A DNA stretch of 64,000 nt, from positions 384,001 to 448,000 of the forward strand of contig CAWCMR010000008.1 in NCBI GenBank assembly GCA_963796685.1, written 5' to 3'. The translations under genes and the position numbers were made by a program. The notes beneath the pieces were generated by a model, which was given only the letters and a program-made list of their open reading frames with translations, had not been told where the DNA came from and did no database searches. Shown here in pieces: positions 34,197-42,337 of this stretch (its first letter is position 1; each line of letters starts with the position of its first letter). This DNA comes from an uncultured delta proteobacterium (GTDB lineage: Bacteria > Myxococcota_A > Polyangia > Fen-1088).

Positions 34197-35762
34197 CTAG
34201 CGTCGCCGACGCAGGAGGAGCGCGGTCAGGCCGAGCAACAAGGCCGTGAACGAGACGGAGTTCAATCGCCGTGAAGGGCCGCCAAGCACACAGCCGCATC
34301 CGGTCGACCCGCCTCCACCGCCGGTGCTCGAGCCACCACTGCCGGCGTTCCCTCCGCTTCCGCCCGATCTCGACGAGCCGCCCGAGCCACTGCCGGCGCT
34401 GCCGCCCTTGGCCGAGCTGCCGCCGCTGCCAACCACGCCGCCACTTCCTGACGCGCCACCGGTCCCGCCTCCGCCTTTGCCCTGAACGCCACCACTGCCG
34501 TTCGCATCGCCGGCGCCGCTCCCGCCACCACTGCTATTCGCACCACCACTGCTATTCGCGCCACCACTGCCGTTCGCGCCGCCGGTACCGCCCCCGCCGT
34601 CGCTGCCGACGCTTCCGCCACTTGCGACTGCCCCGCCACTTCCGGTTCCACCAGCGCCGCTGCCGGCATCCTTGTTGCCGGCCGCACCGCCGATTGGACC
34701 GCCATCCTTGTTGCCTCCCACCCCTCCCGAGCCTGCGCTGCCGCCCGTACCACTTGCGCCACCGGTCCCACCAATGGGCGCGCCAGCGTCGCCACATGCA
34801 TTCACGCCAGGATCGATATCGCTGCTCTTGTCCAGGCCGAAGAAGCTGATCACTGAGCTCGCGTCAATCGGCGTGGTATGCCCGCCACCTTGTTGCTCAT
34901 GCGCTTCAAGAACCGTGAACCCGCATGAATTCTGCCACTTCAAGATAGTGAACCCGGATACTGAGGTCTTATCCGTCGAGCTCGGCGTTGCGCTCAAGCC
35001 GAGGAGGTCGGTCCATTGCTTGATGGCTTCCGTCTCGTTGTTGTAGTTGATGGTGGCGTCCGCAGTCCCGTGCCAGAGCTGCATGCGGGGGTAAGACCCC
35101 GTATAGCCAGAATACATCTTACGAGCGAGATCCCCCCATGCTTGGGCGGTCATCGTATCCTGGCCATTGGCGCACGTGCCCCCCCAATTGCTCGCGGCGG
35201 ACCACCCATCAGACCAACATCCAGCAGGAACACCTGAGAATTCGGCACCCGCCTTAAAAACATCGGGGTAGACCGCACACATGGCTTCGGTCAGCATCGC
35301 TCCGGAGGAGGCCCCCATGATATACACGCGGTTTGCGTTCGCATTGCGTTTGCTAACCTCGTACTTAACCATTTGGGCAATGGCTTGAGTGTCACCCCCT
35401 CCATCGTGTGTAAGGGACTTGGCCGACCCGACATCCCAACAGGCCGAGGAAGAAGCGGGGTTCGTCGTTTGTGGAAAGATCATGATGAAGCCATACTTGT
35501 CGGCCGCCGCCTCGACGGCAGGCATGCCAGTAAAACCGAAGAAGGCAGAGGCACTTCCACCGCAATAGTGAGCGGCCACCACGATAGGCGGTGATGCGGC
35601 CAGAGTTGCCGGCACGTACTCGTACATCGAGATGTACGAGGGCACGCCACTAGCCCCCCAGTTACTGACCTGCTGTAGTGACGCGGCTTGCGCCGGCGTG
35701 ACGACAAGCAAACCAAGCGCAGAGGTCAACATTGCACAAACACTGCTTGGACTTCGATTCAT
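34197..35762 (-). CDS. PHB-depolymerase-family (CE1-like acetylxylan/feruloyl) esterase with Gly-rich linker and MYXO-CTERM tail
   Basis: VVAAHYCGG, CWDV, GASSG nucleophile, YPDVF, MQLWHGTAD; ends GCGCVLGG..ALLLGLTALLLRRRR. Confidence 0.88.
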   Translation of the reverse strand: MNRSPSSVCAMLTSALGLLVVTPAQAASLQQVSNWGASGVPSYISMYEYVPATLAASPPIVVAAHYCGGSASAFFGFTGMPAVEAAADKYGFIMIFPQTTNPASSSACWDVGSAKSLTHDGGGDTQAIAQMVKYEVSKRNANANRVYIMGASSGAMLTEAMCAVYPDVFKAGAEFSGVPAGCWSDGWSAASNWGGTCANGQDTMTAQAWGDLARKMYSGYTGSYPRMQLWHGTADATINYNNETEAIKQWTDLLGLSATPSSTDKTSVSGFTILKWQNSCGFTVLEAHEQQGGGHTTPIDASSVISFFGLDKSSDIDPGVNACGDAGAPIGGTGGASGTGGSAGSGGVGGNKDGGPIGGAAGNKDAGSGAGGTGSGGAVASGGSVGSDGGGGTGGANGSGGANSSGGANSSGGGSGAGDANGSGGVQGKGGGGTGGASGSGGVVGSGGSSAKGGSAGSGSGGSSRSGGSGGNAGSGGSSTGGGGGSTGCGCVLGGPSRRLNSVSFTALLLGLTALLLRRRR

Positions 35763-35795
35763 GATTGGAAGACCTCCGCTCGATTCGATTGTGAG

Positions 35796-37241
35796 CTATT
35801 GCGCCGACAGTGTCAGCGTTCCGGCGTCCAGGGAGACCTCGTAGTAGCCGTGGTCGTCCCATTGCAGGACCGTGCTGCCCTGCTTAAGGGTTCCGCCATT
35901 GGTCGTCACACGCAGGTACTTGCCCGTCGGGAAGGGTGTGGCGAAGTCGGAGGTCTTCCATGTCCAGGTGGTGTCGGTGCCTGATTTCGTTGCCGTGAGA
36001 GCTGAGAATTTGTACCCGCCAATCCAATACGCGGAGATGCTACCAACCGTATCGATCCAGATGTTCCCCTGGGTCTTGGCCCAGCTTACGGCGCCGGTGA
36101 ACTGAGCGATGTCAACAGGTTGATAGGCACCGTCATTCCCGCCGGTAAATCCGTGGACCAAGAATATGTTCCATTTTCCGCCGCTTATTCCCGAGCTGAT
36201 GGAGCTCGTCATGGCGCTCGTCTGGGCACCGGTATTCGGAATGATGCATGGAAGTGAGTACTGCTTGGAGCTGGGGTTGTCCGTCATGGAAATTCCGCCG
36301 CTGTTTCCAGCCGTGCGATTGGTCGTGAGTATCTTCATTGGCGGGACCGCAGTTTGATACGAGGCATCGCCGTTCGGCGCGGCGAACGAGAACGCCGTCA
36401 CGCCAAACTTGCTCTTGATCGTATCTTCCGCAGTCTGGATGTCGGACGCGTTCGCATTCGATTGATGGCTGTTGGTGTGGTTGCCCAGCTCGTGTCCGTC
36501 CTTCACGGCCTGCGGCCAAACACTGCTGCCCATCTCGGTGCTCTTGTTGGTCCACAGGTAGAAGGTGTAGTGAACTTTCTCAGCCTCCAGCTCACTGTAA
36601 TGCGAGATCTGTGAGGAATTGGTGTCGTCGAACGTGAAGGACAGGGCGCTCTTGAATCCGGCCCAAGGAAGCACGGTGACCGTCGTCCCGGCTCCCGTGG
36701 GAGCGGCCTGGCCGCTCGCACCCGCGGCTGGATAGCCGGAGGCACTAACAGTCACACTCGTTCCACCGCCCGCGCCACTCGACCCGCCCGTGCCATTCGA
36801 TCCACCGGAGCCTTTCGCATCCGACATACCCCCGTCGGCGCCTCCCTTGGCCGTGTTTCCGCCCGTGGCCATCACACCGCCGCTTCCAGAAGCACCGCCG
36901 CTTGCACCGCCCGCCCCCGAGCCGCCCGCGGCCGATGTTCCCCCCGAACCCGTGGTGCCACCGCTGGCCGTGCCACCCGTCCCGTTCTTGCCGCCCGTGC
37001 TGCTGGCTCCTCCCGATCCACTGCCGCCCGAGCTTGAGCTGCCGCCCGAGCCGGAAGCTCCGCCCTTGCTGGATGTCCCACCCGTGTTGGTCACGCCACC
37101 CGAGCCAGATGTGCCGCCAGCGTGCGACTGACCGCCGCTGCCTGAGCCGCCAGTCTGTTCAGGCTGGGAAGTGCCACCGTTCGAACAACCGGTCAGGGCC
37201 AGCACCGTGGTGAGAAATAGCGAGGAGAGCTTCATCTTCAT
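35796..37241 (-). CDS. Polysaccharide deacetylase (NodB/CE4) lipoprotein
   Basis: Lipobox LTGC, Gly/Ser linker, SFTFDD, GHELGNHTNSH, FAAPNG, IFLVHG; RBS AAGGAG. Confidence 0.85.
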   Translation of the reverse strand: MKMKLSSLFLTTVLALTGCSNGGTSQPEQTGGSGSGGQSHAGGTSGSGGVTNTGGTSSKGGASGSGGSSSSGGSGSGGASSTGGKNGTGGTASGGTTGSGGTSAAGGSGAGGASGGASGSGGVMATGGNTAKGGADGGMSDAKGSGGSNGTGGSSGAGGGTSVTVSASGYPAAGASGQAAPTGAGTTVTVLPWAGFKSALSFTFDDTNSSQISHYSELEAEKVHYTFYLWTNKSTEMGSSVWPQAVKDGHELGNHTNSHQSNANASDIQTAEDTIKSKFGVTAFSFAAPNGDASYQTAVPPMKILTTNRTAGNSGGISMTDNPSSKQYSLPCIIPNTGAQTSAMTSSISSGISGGKWNIFLVHGFTGGNDGAYQPVDIAQFTGAVSWAKTQGNIWIDTVGSISAYWIGGYKFSALTATKSGTDTTWTWKTSDFATPFPTGKYLRVTTNGGTLKQGSTVLQWDDHGYYEVSLDAGTLTLSAQ

Positions 37242-37296
37242 CGGATCAACTCCTTGGCAGCTCGAACAGCCGTTCTTATAGATTGCCTAGAGGGAC

Positions 37297-37325
37297 AGTG
37301 TCCTTCTAAGGCCAGAACCGGCTCA
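37297..37325 (-). promoter_or_regulatory. Putative ECF promoter TGAGCCG-N17-ACACT for the deacetylase/esterase operon
   Basis: TGAGCCGgttctggccttagaaggACACT, 55 nt before the ATG. Confidence 0.7.
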
Positions 37326-37466
37326 CGCCGGATTGCGCCTAAAACGAGAATTTACGTACTCTTCCAAATCGAGTCGCGAATATCTTCGCATCCCTGGACG
37401 CGAACTCTCATTTCTGACCCAAGGGCGCTTGTTGTGCTTGGCAGTTGGGGATAACCTCGGGCGCGT

Positions 37467-38384
37467 ATGCCCCGAAGACGACGCATCGACTGGTCCGTGA
37501 TCCTGCACAAGGACGATCCCATCCCGGTCTGGGGAGGAAACGAGGCACCGTCGGATACGATCGATCTGCTGCTGGCATGCGGCGACCTCTTGACCCTGAA
37601 CGATCGAGATGCCTTGCTCAAGCGGTCGGTCGAGATCGTGCTGCACACGGTGGGATTGGTCCGGGCCGGTGCCTACCTGCTCGACGAGGAGCTCGATTTG
37701 ATGCTGGGCTCGTGGGGCACCGATATGCGCAGAAAGGTCGTGGACGAGCACCACGCCATGTTCAAGCTCGGCGAGCCAGGCCGTCGCGTGTTCAACCGCG
37801 CGCTATCGGGTGAAGCCCATTGGACCATCGTGGAGAATGTCCCGATCATCATCAACGATGTGAATGAAACGAAGATCATCGGTCATGGGTGGGCCGTGTG
37901 TACCCCCATCCGCTCGGCCCGCACCCCCATCGGCATGCTGTACAACGATGCGGCGCTGACCGGCGAACCGGTGGATCCCCGAAAACAGGAGCGCGGCGCC
38001 ATCGTGTGCACCTTGCTCGGGCTTCGTCTCGAAGCGTTGCGGGGCTCTGCCAAAGCCACCTTCGGTCCCTCGGGGAGACACCCCGCGGTCGCCACGGCAC
38101 TGCGCATGCTCACGAGCGACCCGACCCTGGGTGGCAATGTGATTGCCAAGAAGCTCGGCGTCAGCCTCAGCCGCTTTGCCCGGGTGTTCAAGTCGGACAT
38201 GGGGATCTCCCTGGTGGACTACCGCAATCAGCTGCGTCTCGACCGCTTTCTCGGCCTCGTCGACAAGGGTGGCTCGAACCTGCTCGAAGCCGCGCTGGCC
38301 GCCGGCTTCGGCAGCTATTCCCAGTTCCACCGCGTGTTCCGCGCGCTGCGCGGCACAACCCCGCGGACGTACTTTTCGGGCTAG
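37467..38384 (+). CDS. AraC family regulator with GAF-like N-terminal domain
   Basis: IAKKLGVSLSRFARVFK, AALAAGFGSYSQFHRVF; AVCTPIRSARTPIGMLYND. Confidence 0.88.
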   Translation: MPRRRRIDWSVILHKDDPIPVWGGNEAPSDTIDLLLACGDLLTLNDRDALLKRSVEIVLHTVGLVRAGAYLLDEELDLMLGSWGTDMRRKVVDEHHAMFKLGEPGRRVFNRALSGEAHWTIVENVPIIINDVNETKIIGHGWAVCTPIRSARTPIGMLYNDAALTGEPVDPRKQERGAIVCTLLGLRLEALRGSAKATFGPSGRHPAVATALRMLTSDPTLGGNVIAKKLGVSLSRFARVFKSDMGISLVDYRNQLRLDRFLGLVDKGGSNLLEAALAAGFGSYSQFHRVFRALRGTTPRTYFSG

Positions 38385-38471
38385 CCACCCGGACAACTTG
38401 GGCCAGGAGCATCCGCCAGGGACCTTCGCCAGGCTTGCTGAGTTGACCCTGGCATGGTACGGCAGGCACAC

Positions 38472-40061
38472 ATGGAAATTCGTTTGGAGCAGATCGACCC
38501 CGATGCCTTGCGGGTCGTGCAGCGCTTGCTTCGCTACCAACACAAGGCTTACCTGGTCGGCGGCTGCGTGCGGGACCTTCTCCTCGGTCGCAAACCCAAG
38601 GATTTCGACGTTGCCACGTCGGCGACCCCGAATGAGATTCGACGCTGTTTCCGCAACTGCCGCATCATCGGCCGGCGGTTCAGGCTGGCCCACGTCTTTT
38701 TCGGCCGCAAGATCATCGAAACCGCGACGTTTCGCGCCAATCCGCGGGCCGTGGAAGACGAGCCCAACGAGGTGCCTGCCGAAGACAAGGCCGAAGACAG
38801 AAGCGAAGACAGGAGCGAAGACAGGGCTGAGGCTGAAGGCCGGCCGGAGGACAGGCCTGAAGACAAGCCCGATCGCAAGCCTGATGACAAGCCGAACGAC
38901 CTGCTCATACGCCACGACAACGTCTTTGGCACGGAAGAGGAGGACGCCCGTCGGCGCGATTTCACCATCAACGGGCTGTTCTTCGACGTACAGAGCGCCC
39001 AGGTCATCGACCATGTGGCCGGCCTGCCGGATCTCGAGGGCCGCCTGGTGCGCACCATCGGCGATCCCGATATTCGATTTCGCGAAGATCCCGTGCGCAT
39101 CCTGCGCGCGGTGAAGTTCGCCGCACGCTGCGACCTGACCATCGAAGCCGAGACCTACCGCCGCATGATGGAGCACAAGGCCGAGCTGGCCAAGTGCGCG
39201 CAGGCCCGGGTAACCGAGGAATTCTATCGCCTCCTGCGCGCAGGCGCCGCCCGACGATCGTTCGAGCTGCTGTTCGAAACCGGCTTGCTCGAATTCCTGC
39301 TGCCCGAGATGGCGCAGGCTTGGAAGGCCGGCGACGACGATCCCGAGATCAAGCAGCGCATCGAGCGCTTCTGGGCCTATCTGCGTGCCCTCGACGAATC
39401 GATCGCCACGCACGACCAGCCTCCGTCCGATGCCATGATCCTCGCCACCCTGCTTCTGCCACCCCTGCGCGACGCACTCTCCCCCGACGCCGCGCAGATG
39501 CCGAACATGGCGAAGATCGTGTCCGACTCCGTGCAACCGGTCCTCGATCGCCTGAAGGCCTCGCGCCGCGACTCCGAGCTGTGTCGGCAAATTCTGCTGA
39601 CCCTGCGCTACCTTCTTCCCTCGAACCGTCCCGCGCGTCAGCGCGCTCGGCTCGCCAACCGGCCTTTCTACCAGGATGCCGCGTGGCTTGCCGCCATCGT
39701 CGCCCGCGCGGAAGGACTGGAACCTGCCTCTGCCCTCGATGCAGCGGCGAGCGAGGCGCCGGCAGACGGACCCGCCCCCGAGGAAGAGCTTCCGCCCGAG
39801 CTGCTGGTGGACGTGGACAGCGCATCCGGTCGCGGCCGGCGCGACAGACAGCGAGGGCGTCGGACCGAGACGCCTCCGGCGACGGGAATACCATCCCCCG
39901 TGCGCGAGACGCGCGTCGAAATCGCGGCGTCCTGGCAGGCCGGCCCTCGCGTACGCACGCCCATTCCCAACTTGGAAGACCTGGGTTTCCTGCCCTTGCC
40001 GGGACCGGCCTTTCTCGGCCGAGGCAATTTCGGCAGCCGTTGGGCCGCCCGCTCGGATTAG
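38472..40061 (+). CDS. pcnB: Poly(A) polymerase I
   Basis: LVGGCVRDLLLG..PKDFDV, PAP signature IIGRRFRLAHV, RRDFTINGL, REDPVRILRA. Confidence 0.92.
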   Translation: MEIRLEQIDPDALRVVQRLLRYQHKAYLVGGCVRDLLLGRKPKDFDVATSATPNEIRRCFRNCRIIGRRFRLAHVFFGRKIIETATFRANPRAVEDEPNEVPAEDKAEDRSEDRSEDRAEAEGRPEDRPEDKPDRKPDDKPNDLLIRHDNVFGTEEEDARRRDFTINGLFFDVQSAQVIDHVAGLPDLEGRLVRTIGDPDIRFREDPVRILRAVKFAARCDLTIEAETYRRMMEHKAELAKCAQARVTEEFYRLLRAGAARRSFELLFETGLLEFLLPEMAQAWKAGDDDPEIKQRIERFWAYLRALDESIATHDQPPSDAMILATLLLPPLRDALSPDAAQMPNMAKIVSDSVQPVLDRLKASRRDSELCRQILLTLRYLLPSNRPARQRARLANRPFYQDAAWLAAIVARAEGLEPASALDAAASEAPADGPAPEEELPPELLVDVDSASGRGRRDRQRGRRTETPPATGIPSPVRETRVEIAASWQAGPRVRTPIPNLEDLGFLPLPGPAFLGRGNFGSRWAARSD

Positions 40062-40067
40062 CCGAGA

Positions 40068-40748
40068 CTACCGCCGGTAGCGCGTCGGATCTCGCTGACC
40101 CGCCCGTTCGAAGCCCTGGCGCCGCAAGATGCAGGCATCGCACGCCCCACACGCCTCTCCCTCGCCCGACGGGTCGTAGCACGAAAGCGTGAGCGCGTAG
40201 TCCACGCCAAGCGCGGTTCCGGCGCGGATGATGTCCGCTTTGCTCATGGCCAAGAGGGGAGCCACCAGCTTCACCGGCTGTCCGGAGACCCCAACGTGGG
40301 TGCCCAGGCGCGCGACCTCCTGCATGGCGGAAAGCCACTCGGGACGGCAATCGGGATAGCCAGAATAGTCGAGAGCATTGATTCCGAGCGCGATCTCTTC
40401 CGCGCCCATGGTTTCGGCCAAGGCCAGTGCATGGGCCACGAAAAGCGTGTTGCGGGCCGGAACGTAGGTCACCGGAATCCCCTGTCCGATGGCTTCTTGG
40501 CTGCGTCCCTTGGGCACTTCACCCCGCCCCGTCAGCGCCGAGCCGGCCAGGCACTGGACATCGATGGCACAAATGCGGTGCGAGGCGGCTCCCAGTTTGC
40601 CGGCGATGCTCGCGGCTGCCTCCAGCTCGACTGCGTGCCTTTGCCCGTAGCGAAAGCTGAGGGCGTGACATTGCCTGCCCTGCGCCAGGCACATGGCGAG
40701 CACGGTCGCCGAATCGAGCCCGCCGGAAAGCAACACGATGGTCTGCAT
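40068..40748 (-). CDS. queC: 7-cyano-7-deazaguanine synthase
   Basis: LLSGGLDS, YGQRH, TYVPARN, DYSGYPDCRP, SCY...CGACDAC. Confidence 0.96.
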   Translation of the reverse strand: MQTIVLLSGGLDSATVLAMCLAQGRQCHALSFRYGQRHAVELEAAASIAGKLGAASHRICAIDVQCLAGSALTGRGEVPKGRSQEAIGQGIPVTYVPARNTLFVAHALALAETMGAEEIALGINALDYSGYPDCRPEWLSAMQEVARLGTHVGVSGQPVKLVAPLLAMSKADIIRAGTALGVDYALTLSCYDPSGEGEACGACDACILRRQGFERAGQRDPTRYRR

Positions 40749-40776
40749 GACCCAAGGTTATTGCATACTCGAGCGC

Positions 40777-41619
40777 ATGACGAAGGGCCGCGATCGATTC
40801 TCGCGCAAGGACGCGGAGGCAGGCTGCCGTGAGCCCTTCCTCGACGCCGAGCTTTACGACTACGAGTACCGCCGGCGCCGGGCCGATATCCATTTCTACC
40901 GGCGGCTGGCGCGCAACCGTCTGGAGTTCGCGGCCGGGCCGGTTCTCGATCTGGCTTGCGGCAGCGGCCGCCTGCTGCTGCCCCTAGTGCGCGACGGGCA
41001 CAGCGTGGTGGGCATCGATCGCTCCTCGGAGATGTTGAGCGCGGCGGCGGAACGAATCCGACGCCTGTCCGCGAGCCGCAGGCAACGGTGCACGCTGGTG
41101 CGCGCCGATTTGCGCACGTACCACCTTGTCGCCAAAGCCGGTTTGGCGATCTCCGCCTTCCACAGCGTGCAACACCTCTTGTCCGACGAGGATATCTTGG
41201 CCTTCCTGCGCACCACGCGGGCCAGCCTCGTGCGCGGCGGTTGGCTGGCTTTCGACGTGCTGCCACCGGATCCAGGCTGGCTCGCCCGCGATCCGAGTCG
41301 TCGCTGGGGCCGAACCACCTTCCGCCACCCGCTGACCGGAGAGCGGCTGGTCTACACCGCCAACCACGTCTTCGACCCGACCTCGCGCCTGCTGCACATG
41401 CGACTCTACTACCAACCGGTCGATGACAAGGGACGCCCGTCGAGCCCGGAACGCACCGTCCGCCTTTGCCATCGCCAGCTCTGGCCAGGCGAGATCAGGC
41501 GCCTGTTGGCGGCGTCGGGTTTTCGACCGATCGAAGCCTTCGCGAGCTTCGACGGCACCCTCCTCGTCGACGATTCCCAAGCGGCCGACGAGCACATCTA
41601 CGTGGCCGTGGCGGTGTGA
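40777..41619 (+). CDS. Class I SAM-dependent methyltransferase
   Basis: DIHFY, VLDLACGSGR, VVGIDRS, LVRGGWLAFD. Confidence 0.88.
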   Translation: MTKGRDRFSRKDAEAGCREPFLDAELYDYEYRRRRADIHFYRRLARNRLEFAAGPVLDLACGSGRLLLPLVRDGHSVVGIDRSSEMLSAAAERIRRLSASRRQRCTLVRADLRTYHLVAKAGLAISAFHSVQHLLSDEDILAFLRTTRASLVRGGWLAFDVLPPDPGWLARDPSRRWGRTTFRHPLTGERLVYTANHVFDPTSRLLHMRLYYQPVDDKGRPSSPERTVRLCHRQLWPGEIRRLLAASGFRPIEAFASFDGTLLVDDSQAADEHIYVAVAV

Positions 41620-41644
41620 ACCACGAACCTCCGACGGAAACAGC

Positions 41645-41672
41645 TTGACAGCACTGGGGCCGCAGTTACCAT
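41645..41672 (+). promoter_or_regulatory. Sigma70-like promoter
   Basis: TTGACA-16-TACCAT upstream of 41718; GGAG RBS. Confidence 0.5.
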
Positions 41673-41717
41673 GCGAATGATCTCATTTTCGCCACAACTC
41701 AGACGGAGGGCGGAGTA

Positions 41718-42056
41718 ATGGCCGAGAAAGTCAAGAAGCTAGGGATAACTCGCGACAAGGACTTCATGCTGTATGTGAAAGACGGGGATGTTTGGAGGGT
41801 CCGTCGCAAGCAGCCAGGGGTGTCCAAGGGCAAACCCGAAAAGGTGGCCGACGGCGGGTTCGAGATGGACAACAACTACATCTACTTCGTCGACAGGGAT
41901 GGCGACGTGTCGCGCGCCAAGCGGGCCGTGGGCGGACAGAAGCGCAAGAAGGCCACCAAGAAGAAGGTCGCCAGAAAGCCGGCCAAGAAGAAGGCCGCCA
42001 AGAAGCCGGCCAAGAAGAAGGCCGTCAAGAAGCCGGCCAAGAAGAAGCGACGCTAG
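41718..42056 (+). CDS. Small basic nucleoid protein: CC1-like duplicated domain + histone H1-like KKPAKK tail
   Basis: Internal repeat EKVKKLGITRDKDFMLYV.DGDV / EKVADGGFEMDNNYIYFVDRDGDV; Lys/Ala/Pro tail. Confidence 0.75.
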   Translation: MAEKVKKLGITRDKDFMLYVKDGDVWRVRRKQPGVSKGKPEKVADGGFEMDNNYIYFVDRDGDVSRAKRAVGGQKRKKATKKKVARKPAKKKAAKKPAKKKAVKKPAKKKRR

Positions 42057-42085
42057 TCCGCTGCTGCCGTTCGTGGCCACATCGA

Positions 42086-42130
42086 GTCCCTGACGTTCCC
42101 GCACCCGGATGGGTGCGGGGATCCAGGGAC
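42086..42130. terminator. Strong hairpin downstream of the nucleoid protein gene
   Basis: GTCCCTG..TTCCCGCACCC-GGAT-GGGTGCGGGGA..CAGGGAC; no clear U-tract. Confidence 0.45.
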
Positions 42131-42172
42131 GAAACTACGAAGGCGGCAGACCGCGATTGGAGCGACAGGGGC

Positions 42173-42337
42173 CTAAGGGCTCGTCAGAGAATATCTGCAA
42201 CGATTTGGACGCCGATCCATCCCGGCTGGCTTCGTTGCTCGTCGTCGCAATACGTCGAGTATTCCTCCTCCTCGCGCCTCGCCAGCCGGGCGCCTCGTCG
42301 CCCAACTCGTAGCATCTATTCTCTGACGAGCCCTTAG
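42173..42337 (-). mobile_element. MITE-like inverted-repeat element, copy 2
   Basis: Perfect 21-bp inverted ends CTAAGGGCTCGTCAGAGAATA / TATTCTCTGACGAGCCCTTAG; core shared with 3064-3117; contains the stop codon of 42334..44700. Confidence 0.75.

Noticed and set aside
34300-34790. Tandem repeats such as CCACCACTGCTATTCGC, and similar ones at 36780-37150 and 48970-49440
   Set aside because: They encode Gly/Ser linkers of surface enzymes; not independent elements
40068-41619. queC + methyltransferase as a deazaguanine DNA-modification or Qat-type defence system
   Set aside because: QueC is canonical in length and motifs; no dpdA, ATPase or TatD neighbours; the methyltransferase lacks DNA-methylase motifs
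41950-42050. AAGAAGCCGGCCAAGAAG repeats
   Set aside because: Explained by the KKPAKK protein tail
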